Below are positions 48,397-58,868 of a stretch of DNA of 64,000 nt, piece by piece (the first letter of the stretch is position 1; each line of letters starts with the position of its first letter). The notes beneath the pieces are model-generated. The model searched no databases and was not told where the DNA came from. It saw only the letters and a list, made by a program, of their open reading frames with translations. The stretch is from Candidatus Aenigmatarchaeota archaeon (GTDB taxonomy: Archaea > Aenigmatarchaeota > Aenigmatarchaeia > GW2011-AR5): assembly GCA_039091535.1 (NCBI GenBank), contig JAWCLW010000002.1, positions 46,690 through 110,689 of the forward strand, read 5' to 3'. A program made the position numbers and the translations under genes.

Positions 48397-48693
48397 TTAA
48401 TAACTTAATGTTAAAATGCCTTTTTTCTGAAGCCAATTAGCTTGTGTTGCTGTATATTTGAATATTATATCACCATTTTTTTCACTTTGTATTTTCCATG
48501 GCTTTATAAGTACTATATCACCCTCTTGTATCCATATTCGTTTTCTCATACTTCCTGGTATTCTACATATACGCATTCGTCCATCTTGACACCTAACATT
48601 TAGTCTGTTTGCACCAAGCATAGATTCTACAATACCAAGTATTTCATCTTTTTTCGGTATTCTTACTTTCATTTCCTCTTCCATAAAAATCAC
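48397..48693 (-). CDS. eif1a: translation initiation factor aIF-1A
   Basis: S1/OB pattern GANRLNVRCQDGRMRICRIPGSMRKRIWIQEGDIVLIKPW. Confidence 0.9.
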   Translation of the reverse strand: MIFMEEEMKVRIPKKDEILGIVESMLGANRLNVRCQDGRMRICRIPGSMRKRIWIQEGDIVLIKPWKIQSEKNGDIIFKYTATQANWLQKKGILTLSY

Positions 48694-48770
48694 AAATGTA
48701 AAAATTATACATTATTGTATATTTATAATTAATTTTTTGTAGTTTAGAAAATAGATATATAATTTTATCT

Positions 48771-49454
48771 TTATGAATTCTGCAAAGCTATTAATTTATT
48801 TTTTGGTCTTATAGCATAATAGTTTCTATATAATTTTTCCCCCTTTTTCTCTCCAATAAGTTTATATGTTTCTTTTACAGAAAAATATTTTCTTAATCTA
48901 TTTGCAAGATTTGCCGCTTGTTTTTTATCAATAAATTTTATATTGTATCCATTTTTTGTTTTTTCGATTCCTGAAACAATTATATTATCAGAAATTTCTT
49001 TAATTTTATTCATTATTTTTTCTGGTTCATCCCTAACTTGAAAAACAGCTTCATAATAACTACCAGAAAGCTTTTTGCATGTTTGACATAACATATTTCT
49101 TAATATTACTAATATCTTTTTTTCTTCTTTCTTCATTTTTTTGCAAGGCCTTATATAACCTAAACAAATAATAGAAGCATAAATTCTATTTCCAACAGTT
49201 TTAGTTTTTATATTAATTTCTTTAATTTTATTATTGCTTTTAATTCTATTTTTAATACTTTCTTTAATATCTATTTTTTTATCATTATCAAAAATAGATT
49301 TACACATATTACAAAATTTCAATTCATAGTTTCCTATATCAAATAATTTTTCTTTTTCTAAGAAACAATCTTCACAGAAAGTTTTTATTGTTGCTTTTTT
49401 GCCACATCTTATGCAGAACATAAATATAGTATGAATAAGAAATTTATTTAACAT
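48771..49454 (-). CDS. NMD3-family protein (ribosome large-subunit biogenesis)
   Basis: N-terminal CxxC pairs (CIRCG...CEDC, CNMCKS) and a later CQTC...SYYEAVFQVR segment characteristic of NMD3. Confidence 0.55.
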   Translation of the reverse strand: MLNKFLIHTIFMFCIRCGKKATIKTFCEDCFLEKEKLFDIGNYELKFCNMCKSIFDNDKKIDIKESIKNRIKSNNKIKEINIKTKTVGNRIYASIICLGYIRPCKKMKKEEKKILVILRNMLCQTCKKLSGSYYEAVFQVRDEPEKIMNKIKEISDNIIVSGIEKTKNGYNIKFIDKKQAANLANRLRKYFSVKETYKLIGEKKGEKLYRNYYAIRPKNKLIALQNS

Positions 49455-49457
49455 AAT

Positions 49458-50471
49458 CTAATATATTGTCCAAACCGTTAGAATAAGTTCATATACATCT
49501 TCGTCAAATAAAATATAACTTATTTTTTCATATTTAGATGGAAGTATTTTTTTATATAAATCCATTTTGTAGTTTTCTCCTGATGCCCACATAATTGTTG
49601 CTTTTGTCAAATTATTTATGGCTTCATTGTTTATATAATTTGAAAACCAGACAGTTCTACCATTACCTTTAATTATATTTTTGTTTATTTTTACAAGTGA
49701 ACTTTTAAGATTAGAGCTTATTATAATCGTTCTATTATCAATAGATATTTTGTTCATATTATTGAAATTTGAAAATATAGTATTGTCTGACATCCCAGAT
49801 ATGTTAACAAAATATTTTGCTATGTTATAAGACGGTTTATCTGGGTCCATTGTATCATAAAATATTCCGGAACTAGACGTGCTCAGAGAATCGTTCCATG
49901 ACAATCCAAATGTTTCATTAAATATACCATCATTAACTTGATTTTTTGTAAGATCAGCAAAAACAAAAATTGCCCCACCTCTATTAAGAAAATCATATAA
50001 TTTTGTTTTATATGGAGTCATATTCTTATATCCAAAAATAAAGAGTATATTTGTCTCTTCATGTATATTTTCTATTGATTCGTTCTGTATTAGTATATTT
50101 ATTTTTTTATTCTTATATGTGAAGTTTAATGGATTCAAAATCGATTTCAGTCTATTTATTTCATCATTTGTGCAATTGCATCCTATGAATATCTCTGGAT
50201 TTGGTATACCTTTTATAGTAATGGAAAAGTCTACTGTCCTTAAAAAAATTTTTGTAAGTTCATTATTAAGACCATCTTTATTATTATCCTTTATCAGGCT
50301 GATTAATGTATTATTTTTATAAAGACTTGCAATAACATCCTTGCTTTGAATTAGTATATTTGCATCAGACCATTCAGATTCGATAACATCAAGTTTAAAA
50401 AAATATGTTAGCGAAGCTAGTATAATAATAGATGCAATAATTGCCTCTAATATTCTTATAAAACCTTTCAT
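49458..50471 (-). CDS. large type IV pilin-like protein (class III signal peptide), sequon-rich
   Basis: Starts MKG-FIRILEAIIASIIILASL. It has many N-x-S/T sequons and is the last gene of the pilus-like operon. Confidence 0.55.
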   Translation of the reverse strand: MKGFIRILEAIIASIIILASLTYFFKLDVIESEWSDANILIQSKDVIASLYKNNTLISLIKDNNKDGLNNELTKIFLRTVDFSITIKGIPNPEIFIGCNCTNDEINRLKSILNPLNFTYKNKKINILIQNESIENIHEETNILFIFGYKNMTPYKTKLYDFLNRGGAIFVFADLTKNQVNDGIFNETFGLSWNDSLSTSSSGIFYDTMDPDKPSYNIAKYFVNISGMSDNTIFSNFNNMNKISIDNRTIIISSNLKSSLVKINKNIIKGNGRTVWFSNYINNEAINNLTKATIMWASGENYKMDLYKKILPSKYEKISYILFDEDVYELILTVWTIY

Positions 50472-50968
50472 ATTATTACACCTACATTAAATTTTACAAT
50501 ATATTTTATTCCAGAAATATCTACAACTGCTGCCCTCGATATACTGGATTCTGATCTTAATCTTGTTTTTACTTTTGGCGTACAAGAAAAAAGTATAGAA
50601 CCATCAATATAAGTCATGTTCATTATAATATCTGTTTTATAATCTTGACCTAGAAACTCTTTTACACGCTCATAGTTTGTCGAACATAGATTTCTAAGAT
50701 TATTTATTTTATTAATATCTAAAATATAAAAATCACCAGATGATAATCCAAGCGCTTTTACATTAAACTTATTCCAATTTTTTGGTTCACCTTCACTAAA
50801 AATCAAATATTCAGATATTTGATACGCTCTTGATTTTGAATCTTCTAAGATGGATGTCTTATGCAATGTTGGCATAATGTCCAATGCTATGATAAATATA
50901 CAAAATGCTATTACACTCATAAAAACCATCACAGATAAAATAAATTCTATATCCAAAAACCCTTTCAC
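50468..50968 (-). CDS. type IV pilin-like protein (class III signal peptide)
   Basis: Starts MKG-FLDIEFILSVMVFMSVIAF. It has a 4-nt overlap with the downstream gene. Confidence 0.55.
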   Translation of the reverse strand: MKGFLDIEFILSVMVFMSVIAFCIFIIALDIMPTLHKTSILEDSKSRAYQISEYLIFSEGEPKNWNKFNVKALGLSSGDFYILDINKINNLRNLCSTNYERVKEFLGQDYKTDIIMNMTYIDGSILFSCTPKVKTRLRSESSISRAAVVDISGIKYIVKFNVGVII

Positions 50969-51007
50969 AAAATCACAGATATAATTTATTCTTGATAATA
51001 TTAATTT

Positions 51008-51949
51008 TTATATGATACCCATCTTTATTACAAACATATATATAAATAATCCAGAAAGCAACATTAACAAACTATGCTTTACACCAGCTATAACAGAATC
51101 TGATCCTATCTGTCCTGCTATCAAACCAGAGAATAGACCTTGAATCAATATCATAGCAAAGAATAAAGATTTGTAATATGCCCCAGGGTCATCTCTTGTA
51201 CCAAAATCAAATACTTCTGAGATTGCAAAAAATATATCACATCCTATGCATGCTTGATCTTGTCTTTCAAGACATATAGAACATGGATTCGCATTAAAAC
51301 CTAAACCAAATCCTCCTGTTTGTGCCTGTGTTTGTAGCATAGGAACCAAGAATTTTATTAATGCTATTGATATACCCAAAAATATGAAAAATATCGCGTA
51401 CATCATTAATACTTGCTGGTTCATTAGTAAATTCTTCTCAGCCTGAACATCTTTTAGTGATTCTATATTTGATGCTAATGAGTCCATTGTATCTTCTATA
51501 TTTCCACCCGATTTATTTGCCTGCTCTATTATCGTCAACGACCTTGTAATTATTTTACTTTTTTTCATTCTTTTTTTAAAATTTTCGAGCACCTTTTCTA
51601 ATGGTATATTCCAGCTTAATTGATTATTCATTTTATGTATCTCTTTTGTAAGTGGTCCATAATCAGATTTTTCAACAGCTTGTATAGCTTGTATCAATGT
51701 GAGACCAGCACGCTGTGATTCTGCAAGGTCACGTAAAAAATTTGGAAAAACAAGTTCATATGCTTTTATTTTTTTGAACTCAAAAAACCTATATATGCTA
51801 AAAGGCACTACAAAGATAATTATTCCAAGAAAAATAAGATTTACTGCTATTGCAAAGTTGCTTGAAAAATAAAATGCTAGAAAAAGAAGTAATAAAAATA
51901 TAACTCCTGACACAATTATTATTTTTGTTTCGACGTCCATCCAAATCAC
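51008..51949 (-). CDS. T2SSF-type pilus platform membrane protein (TadC/FlaJ C-half-like) with a CxxC...CxxC insert
   Basis: Polytopic, with a cytoplasmic helical domain (LRDLAESQRAGLTLIQAIQAV) typical of TadB/C, PilC and FlaJ. It carries the insert PCSICLERQDQACIGC. Confidence 0.65.
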   Translation of the reverse strand: MIWMDVETKIIIVSGVIFLLLLFLAFYFSSNFAIAVNLIFLGIIIFVVPFSIYRFFEFKKIKAYELVFPNFLRDLAESQRAGLTLIQAIQAVEKSDYGPLTKEIHKMNNQLSWNIPLEKVLENFKKRMKKSKIITRSLTIIEQANKSGGNIEDTMDSLASNIESLKDVQAEKNLLMNQQVLMMYAIFFIFLGISIALIKFLVPMLQTQAQTGGFGLGFNANPCSICLERQDQACIGCDIFFAISEVFDFGTRDDPGAYYKSLFFAMILIQGLFSGLIAGQIGSDSVIAGVKHSLLMLLSGLFIYMFVIKMGII

Positions 51950-52806
51950 TCTAATGGTGACAATGATTTTATTAGTATTATAAAACCTATCGATAGTAAC
52001 GGTAATAAAATAAAGACAATGAAACTTTGAATTAATATGGTCTCAACACCAATAGATAGAGCGGATATTACAGATGATAAAACTATAAAAAATATAGAAC
52101 CTGTTATAATAAGAGTTAAATAAATTTCGACAAATAAAGAAAGGTCTTGTGAATATTTTCTTATTCTTCTTCTGTAATCAGCCATAAGTTCTTCACTTTT
52201 TTGCTTTAAGAATGTTGTAAGATCTCCACCGGTTGTTATTAATATGTTCATGCTCCATAATAGTTCTCTCAATTCTTTGGATGGTGTTCTTTTTGCTTGT
52301 TTTTTTATGGCTGATGTTGTAGTCATACCGAACATATCTACATATCTTACTATATTTTTCGCTTCTTTTGCTACCTCACCATATTCATCAAATTCACTTA
52401 TAGTCCTAAAAAGAACTATTGGTTGAACTTTAGAACTAGACATTGTTGCTAAATATGAAACAGCAAATGGAAGAACCTTTTTTATGTTATTTTCCTTTGT
52501 TTTTGCAATTGCTGCGGGATACGAATAAAAAAGAAAGAAAATAAAACTGGATATTGTTAATGAAAGTAATAACCCAAGTAAAAGTGCAAGAATTGGGTCA
52601 AATACAATAATACCAAAAATAAATGATAACAATACAATCTCTGAAATAAATGTTATAGTTGTTGTTAATAATGCTATTGAAAGATATTCTTCCAGTGTAT
52701 ACATTAACCCAGCTCTATTTAGATCCTCTTTTATATCTAAGAAATATATTCTCAAAGATTTGCTAATGTCACCAAATAATTTGAATGACAGACTAGCATA
52801 ACTCAT
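51946..52806 (-). CDS. T2SSF-type pilus platform membrane protein (TadB/FlaJ N-half-like)
   Basis: Polytopic, 286 aa, overlapping the ATPase gene and the second platform gene by 4 nt each. Confidence 0.65.
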   Translation of the reverse strand: MSYASLSFKLFGDISKSLRIYFLDIKEDLNRAGLMYTLEEYLSIALLTTTITFISEIVLLSFIFGIIVFDPILALLLGLLLSLTISSFIFFLFYSYPAAIAKTKENNIKKVLPFAVSYLATMSSSKVQPIVLFRTISEFDEYGEVAKEAKNIVRYVDMFGMTTTSAIKKQAKRTPSKELRELLWSMNILITTGGDLTTFLKQKSEELMADYRRRIRKYSQDLSLFVEIYLTLIITGSIFFIVLSSVISALSIGVETILIQSFIVFILLPLLSIGFIILIKSLSPLE

Positions 52807-54545
52807 AATTCACCCTCAATTTTTCTTAATAGAAAATCGGGAGATGTATAGTATAAATTTATCACAGAAGATATTTTTTTATAATCGATTATGTTGTGTT
52901 TGACCATCCACTTAAGTATTTTTGCTCTTTGTTCTATACTCTTTTTTATATCATTTTCATTCATACCTGTCATGGTTGATATCTTATATAAAAGAAAACT
53001 TTTATTTACGGTATTAAATGTATCTTTTATAGGATCCCAGACCATTACCTCATTTGTTATTGGTACTTTGTTTTCTACATCATATCCAACAATTTCAATA
53101 ACAGATTCTGCCCTTCTTTGATATTTTCTTCCTTTTCTGACTCTTTTTACGAAAACAATTAAATCAACATTTTGTATTAAGTTTGCAGGTAAGTTTATAG
53201 GTGGTGTTGTCAATCTGTCTATAAGCTTTGGAAAATTTTCTGCATGTATTGTTGATAAACCAGAATGACCAACCGCCATTTGTTGAAATAAAACATATGC
53301 TTCACGTCCTCTGACTTCACCAACTATGATATAATCAGGTCTTTGCCTCAATGATTCTTTCAGCAGTTCAAACATATCAACTTTACCTTCTTCTGATACA
53401 GGCGTTCTTGCTATTTCTGGTACCCAATGTGAATGCGGTAGTCTTAGTTCTGCTGTGTCTTCTATGCTTACTATTTTCATTTGAGGTTTTATGAAAAGTG
53501 ATAATACATTAAGTAGAGATGTCTTTCCTGTAGCAGTCCCACCAGATATTATAATTGAAAACCCATGCTCAACAAGAAGCCAGAAATATGCCATCATTTT
53601 TAGGTCGCATGTGCCAAATTTTATAATATCAACTGGTGTCAATGGTCTTTCTGTAAACATACGAATTGTAAAGTTGCTACCATGTCTTGCTATATCACTG
53701 CCTAATGTTGCCTGCACACGTGAACCATCTGGTAAGGTACCATCAAGGAGAGGTCTTGCAACAGATATGGTTTTTCCACACCTTTCAGCCAATTTATTGA
53801 CAAAAGAATCTAATTCATCTTTCGTAGAAAAAACTATATTTGTTTTAAGAGAACCAAATCTAGGATCTCTATGGTAAACAAATATTGGTATATTAATACC
53901 ATCACATGATATATCCTCTATCATTTTATCTTGTATTAATGGTTCTATCTTTTCCAAACCAATAAAATCTCTTAGTACATAATACCTAAGAATATCTATG
54001 TCTGATTTTACTTTGAAATATCCTATTGCTTTATCAAATATTTTTATTAGATAATCTATTGCATCCTTTTTTCTGACCTGAGCAAAATTTATATCTATTT
54101 TTTCTTGTATATAGTCCTTGATCTCATTTAATATCGCTATTTTGTTTTTATCTAAAACTGGTTCAACAACATTATATACCAATTCATTTGTTTTTGTATC
54201 AAAAAAGATATTAGCATATGCAAATATTTTTTCACCTTTTTTTGGCTCACGTGGTATCAGTGGATACATTAAATTTATCTTGCTAAGTTCTTCAACATCC
54301 TCGATTTCTATTTTTTCTGTTTCTATTTTTGGTATTTCTATACCTTCTTTTAGCTCTAATTTCTTTTCAAAGGTTTTTTTTTCTGGTTGTTGCATTATTT
54401 GTGTTATCGGAACACCTATACCTATATAACCTGTTTGAATTTCCTTTTTTTCGGGAGGTTTGATATTTATTTTTATTAATTTACTTCCATGTTTAGCTCT
54501 ATATCTAAGTAGAATAGATTTATTATTCTCAATATTTTCGTCCAT
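52803..54545 (-). CDS. type II/IV secretion-family ATPase (archaeal FlaI/PilB-like)
   Basis: Walker A SGGTATGKTS, Walker B PDYIIVGEVRG, a His-box-like GHSGLSTIHA, and an N-terminal extension. Confidence 0.9.
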   Translation of the reverse strand: MDENIENNKSILLRYRAKHGSKLIKINIKPPEKKEIQTGYIGIGVPITQIMQQPEKKTFEKKLELKEGIEIPKIETEKIEIEDVEELSKINLMYPLIPREPKKGEKIFAYANIFFDTKTNELVYNVVEPVLDKNKIAILNEIKDYIQEKIDINFAQVRKKDAIDYLIKIFDKAIGYFKVKSDIDILRYYVLRDFIGLEKIEPLIQDKMIEDISCDGINIPIFVYHRDPRFGSLKTNIVFSTKDELDSFVNKLAERCGKTISVARPLLDGTLPDGSRVQATLGSDIARHGSNFTIRMFTERPLTPVDIIKFGTCDLKMMAYFWLLVEHGFSIIISGGTATGKTSLLNVLSLFIKPQMKIVSIEDTAELRLPHSHWVPEIARTPVSEEGKVDMFELLKESLRQRPDYIIVGEVRGREAYVLFQQMAVGHSGLSTIHAENFPKLIDRLTTPPINLPANLIQNVDLIVFVKRVRKGRKYQRRAESVIEIVGYDVENKVPITNEVMVWDPIKDTFNTVNKSFLLYKISTMTGMNENDIKKSIEQRAKILKWMVKHNIIDYKKISSVINLYYTSPDFLLRKIEGEL

Positions 54546-54548
54546 TCT

Positions 54549-54971
54549 TCAAAGCCTCTTTGATCTTTTTATTTTTATTTCATTATTTTCGTTAACTATC
54601 TCTATAAATTTGGCCATGCTTACAACTTCTGTATTAATACTATAACTTTGACTTATATTAAAAAGTTGTCTTACGATATATACGCCTGTCTTTAGAGACG
54701 AAATTCTAATTTCATCATTTTTTATCGATATTTTATACTCTTCGTTTGATATCTTTTCGGGTATAGATAATTTTATTGTAGAATTTATGTTCATTGAAGA
54801 TTTTATTAAACCATTCAAAATAAGATTTGCGATATCATTCATGTTATCCTTCATTGTAATATTCATCATAACTTCCTGTACATTACCAAAACTTATTACA
54901 ATATAACTTGTTATAGAAAGTCCTATTGCAAATAACATTATTTCGGTTATTATTCTATATTGTCCTTTCAT
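54549..54971 (-). CDS. type IV pilin-like protein (class III signal peptide)
   Basis: Starts MKG-QYRIITEIMLFAIGLSITSYIV. Confidence 0.55.
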   Translation of the reverse strand: MKGQYRIITEIMLFAIGLSITSYIVISFGNVQEVMMNITMKDNMNDIANLILNGLIKSSMNINSTIKLSIPEKISNEEYKISIKNDEIRISSLKTGVYIVRQLFNISQSYSINTEVVSMAKFIEIVNENNEIKIKRSKRL

Positions 54972-55546
54972 ATAATACTAATTTCTATTATTGTGTTTAT
55001 TAAGTTTCTATCACTGATTGTTCCTTTGTTCTCAATAATTATATAATGATCCCGACCACCAGAATTAGCATTTCCTATAAGATCTATTCTATATGTTTTT
55101 GTCCCAGTTGTAAGATTTATGTATCTTAAACTAAATACAGTCTTGTACATATCTTCAGACAATCCAATACTTTTAACATTTATAACTTCAGGATCATTTA
55201 TACCCCATATCCCAGTTGTTGCAGTGCTTGGATTTTTACCAAGAGATATTTCTGCATCTTTTGCATATATTGTTCCATATGTTTCTGCGATAAGATCAAT
55301 TGTTTTATCTGGATTAAACTTTATCAACACAGGTAATGTTATTTTTATTTCATCACGACCGCCATAGTTTGCTATATATTTTATTTTTTCATTCAAATTT
55401 TTCATGAAACTTTCAGAATTTTCTAATAATGCTATATCTTTATTTTTTTGAATAAGCGGTAATCCCCAAAAATAAACAGAACCAACAACCCCAATAAGAA
55501 TTCCAGATATCATTATTATGGATAAGGCTTCATGCTGTCCTTTCAT
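54968..55546 (-). CDS. type IV pilin-like protein (class III signal peptide)
   Basis: Starts MKG-QHEALSIIMISGILIGVVGSVYF. Confidence 0.55.
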   Translation of the reverse strand: MKGQHEALSIIMISGILIGVVGSVYFWGLPLIQKNKDIALLENSESFMKNLNEKIKYIANYGGRDEIKITLPVLIKFNPDKTIDLIAETYGTIYAKDAEISLGKNPSTATTGIWGINDPEVINVKSIGLSEDMYKTVFSLRYINLTTGTKTYRIDLIGNANSGGRDHYIIIENKGTISDRNLINTIIEISII

Positions 55547-55560
55547 TAAAACACCAATAA

Positions 55561-55953
55561 TTAGAATTTTGTAGGTTGTCTTAACTTTGTTCTTGCCATA
55601 GTAGATATCAATAAAGCGTTTATGCGTTTTTCTAATTTATCTAATCTTTTATTATACTCTTCGATATCTTTGTTTTCTATTTTTTCACTCTCACCAACAA
55701 CCTCTAATCTATTCATAAAATCATTTATTTTACTTGAAAGTTGAGATATAGATGAAGACAACTCTGAAACCTTATTTATCATTTCAGAATTTACTCTAAC
55801 TATGTCATCAACGACCTGTTGATTTGTTCTTACAACATCTACAAGTTCTTTTATCATTTCTGTGCTTATTCCAGATCTCTCAAGTTTTTCGATTCTTTTT
55901 TCAATTTTTCTAATAGGATTAAGTGGCACAAGCTCATATTCCTCTTCTTCCAT
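55561..55953 (-). CDS. hypothetical coiled-coil protein, first gene of the pilus-like operon
   Basis: 130 aa, acidic N-terminus, heptad-rich (LSSSISQLSSKINDFMNRLE). Confidence 0.4.
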   Translation of the reverse strand: MEEEEYELVPLNPIRKIEKRIEKLERSGISTEMIKELVDVVRTNQQVVDDIVRVNSEMINKVSELSSSISQLSSKINDFMNRLEVVGESEKIENKDIEEYNKRLDKLEKRINALLISTMARTKLRQPTKF

Positions 55954-56177
55954 TCCAACACCTCTAATAACAAAAGGGCGAACAGTATATAAAAATTGTT
56001 CGCCTATTACTTTATTGATTATTTGTTTGAGTAGGTATAAAAAGATTACTAAGAATTTATAAAATGTTCCAACAAATAATTATGAAAATTTGGTTCGAAT
56101 CTTTCATTTTGAATTCTATATCTTATAAAAGATAAAAAATATGCAAAAATGCTGGTACATTTATGAAATTTCAATTC

Positions 56178-57818
56178 TTACTCAAACTCCTCTTCGCCTG
56201 CTCCACCACTCATTCCACTAGATGGTTGTGATGATCCTGTTGATTTTGATGTTATAACGTCATCTATGCGCAATATCATTTCTGCTGCCTCACATGCTGA
56301 TTTTATTGCTTGTGTTTTTATTTTTAATGGTTCTATAACACCATAGACCTTCATATCAGCAACACAACCATTGAATACATCAACACCATAGTTTATTTTA
56401 CCTTTCTCGTGTTGTGTTCTTAGATCAACAAGTATATCAATTGGGTCTTTTCCTGTTGACTCTGCAAGCGTCCTTGGAATTATTTCTATAGCTTCTGCAA
56501 ATGCATTTATTGCTAATTGTTCTCTACCACCAACGGTTTCTGCGTATTCTTTTAGTCTTCTTGCCAATTCTATTTCAGTTGCTCCACCACCAGGAACAAC
56601 CTTACCAACCTCTAAAGCAACTGCAACACCAAGCACAGCATCATCCATTGCACGCTTTGCCTCTTCTACCACATGCTCTGTCCCACCACGAACAAGTATT
56701 GATACCGCTTTCGGATCTTTGCATTCTCTTACAAATATCATCTTCTCGCCTGCAATTGTTTGCTCTTCTACAAGACCAGCATAACCCAAATCATCTTCTG
56801 AAAGTTCGTCTACATTTGATACTATATTCCCACCAGTTGCTTTTGCTAGTTTTTCCATATCACTTTTCTTAACGCGTCTCGCTGCCATTATTCCCTCCTT
56901 TGCAAGATAGTGCTGTGCTAAATCATCTATACCCTTCTGACAAAAAACTACATTACACCCAGATGCAACAACCTTTTTGACCATTTCTTTTAGCATCTTT
57001 GATTCTTGGTCTAAAAATGCTTGTAATTGTTCTGGTGATGTAATTCTTATCTCTGCATTTGTTTCTGTTTCTTTGACCTCTAATGCACAATCAAGTAAGG
57101 CGATTTTTGCATTCCTTACCTCCTTAGGCATGTTTGGGTGTACAACTTCTTTATCTATTACAAGACCTTTTATTAGCTCTGTATCGTCAATAGAACCACC
57201 TTGCTTTTTTTCTATTTGAATATTTTCTTTGTCGACAAATATTTTTTTATTTCGCTCCTCTGCAACCATTTTTATAGCATTTACAGCAATTTCAGCAAGT
57301 GAGTCTTTTGCCGCTTCACTGCCTTTTCCTGTCATAGCTGTCATTGCTATCTTTTTTAAATTCTCTACATCATCTATGTCTATATCTTCTGCTATTTGAT
57401 CTAATATTTCTAACGATTTGTTTTTTGCAATTCTAAAACCACGAATAATCATTGTTGGATGTATATTTTGGTCTAGCAAGGATTCAGCCTTTTTCAATAA
57501 TTCACCTGTAATAACAACAGCAGTTGTAGTGCCATCACCAACTTCATCTTCTTGTGTTTTTGCAACTTCTATAACCATCTTTGCGGCAGGATGCTCTATA
57601 TCCATTTCATTTAATATGGTAGCACCATCATTTGTTATCGTAATATCACCTATACTATCAACTAACATCTTATCCATACCTTTTGGTCCTAATGTAGAGC
57701 GGATAGCATCGGCAACTGCCTTTGCTGCCATAATATTTCTTGCTTGTGCGTCCTTTCCAGTAGAACGCAAAGTACCTTCTGGTAAAATCAATATAGGTTG
57801 ACCACTTAATTGATTCAT
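56178..57818 (-). CDS. ths: thermosome subunit (group II chaperonin)
   Basis: [19 protein letters not shown] and VPGGGATE motifs, with a GGM-like acidic C-tail. Confidence 0.95.
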   Translation of the reverse strand: MNQLSGQPILILPEGTLRSTGKDAQARNIMAAKAVADAIRSTLGPKGMDKMLVDSIGDITITNDGATILNEMDIEHPAAKMVIEVAKTQEDEVGDGTTTAVVITGELLKKAESLLDQNIHPTMIIRGFRIAKNKSLEILDQIAEDIDIDDVENLKKIAMTAMTGKGSEAAKDSLAEIAVNAIKMVAEERNKKIFVDKENIQIEKKQGGSIDDTELIKGLVIDKEVVHPNMPKEVRNAKIALLDCALEVKETETNAEIRITSPEQLQAFLDQESKMLKEMVKKVVASGCNVVFCQKGIDDLAQHYLAKEGIMAARRVKKSDMEKLAKATGGNIVSNVDELSEDDLGYAGLVEEQTIAGEKMIFVRECKDPKAVSILVRGGTEHVVEEAKRAMDDAVLGVAVALEVGKVVPGGGATEIELARRLKEYAETVGGREQLAINAFAEAIEIIPRTLAESTGKDPIDILVDLRTQHEKGKINYGVDVFNGCVADMKVYGVIEPLKIKTQAIKSACEAAEMILRIDDVITSKSTGSSQPSSGMSGGAGEEEFE

Positions 57819-57923
57819 AATAACACCCCCAAAATTTAATCATATGTATATGAAAGTATACTATTGTTCGAAATCTTTATAAATTTTTTTGAAAGTTATA
57901 CCCTCAAAACCAAATAAAATTTT

Positions 57924-58853
57924 TTACCAATTTTTAACAATATTTTTAATGTCTTTTGTATCCATATATCTTAATTCATTTTCACTTATTACTGGAACAT
58001 CAAGATTGTATTCCTTATCTGTTATTATAAGCGCGTATTTTTTACTTATTTTCATAAAACCTTTCAGATACGGCAAAGTTATTTCTATTCTTTTTTGTGA
58101 TTTTTCTGCATTTAAAAAAATCATAAAATTATTATCTATTTCATCTGCTATTATATTGAATGGCGTTTGGTGTATTAAATCTGTTTTAAATCCCATCTTT
58201 TCTAAGTTATCTGATACTTTCTTTTCAAAAATATTTTTTGGTAAATTTTTTACATTTTCATATTTTATAAATAAATCATATGGCCTAGAAACACTTCCAA
58301 TTATATTTTCAATTTTTTCTACAATTTCATAAGATGCACTCATGACTCTTGACTCATGTTCATATATACTCTTTTTTGTTACACCAACCATTCTTGCAAG
58401 TTGGGCTTGTGTAAGATTTGCCATCTCTCTATTTTTTCTGAGTTTTTCTGGATCTATTTTTACAAACAAACCACCTCTGAACCTGTGAACAAAAGGTATA
58501 TGATGTGTTAATATATTTTCTAATGTATTAGGTGTGATTGTTGGTATTTCGAATCTTTCATAAATTATGTTATTTTTTAGTTTTTCTTTTCTTGTTCTTA
58601 TACCTAATAAAAATGCCAATGCATTGAGATTTTTTGACAATATTTTTAGATTATTTGCCTGCTCAAACTGAAAAGAATCAACGTTATAAAGTATTTTTAA
58701 TAGAAGTATATAATTCTTTTTTGCAATTATATCAAGACAACCAGTACACTCAAAATAATCAAAGTCATTCTCATTTAATATTTTTTTAACACAATCTTTT
58801 AGTATTTTCATATTTAGACATTTACTAAAAAAGTTTAAAAATATAATAATCAA
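57924..58853 (-). CDS. archaeal XRE-type HTH transcription regulator (COG1395-like)
   Basis: Central HTH_3 segment LTQAQLARMVGVTKKSIYEHESR in a ~300-aa protein. The start is probably the internal Met (MKILKDCVKK). Confidence 0.65.
   Translation of the reverse strand: MIIIFLNFFSKCLNMKILKDCVKKILNENDFDYFECTGCLDIIAKKNYILLLKILYNVDSFQFEQANNLKILSKNLNALAFLLGIRTRKEKLKNNIIYERFEIPTITPNTLENILTHHIPFVHRFRGGLFVKIDPEKLRKNREMANLTQAQLARMVGVTKKSIYEHESRVMSASYEIVEKIENIIGSVSRPYDLFIKYENVKNLPKNIFEKKVSDNLEKMGFKTDLIHQTPFNIIADEIDNNFMIFLNAEKSQKRIEITLPYLKGFMKISKKYALIITDKEYNLDVPVISENELRYMDTKDIKNIVKNW
58834..58846 (+). promoter_or_regulatory. putative BRE/TATA element for tRNA-Ile
   Basis: AAAAAG-TTTAAAAATATAA is centred about 29 nt upstream of the mature tRNA 5' end, consistent with archaeal TATA placement. 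Confidence 0.3.
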
Positions 58854-58868
58854 AACATAGGATTACAT

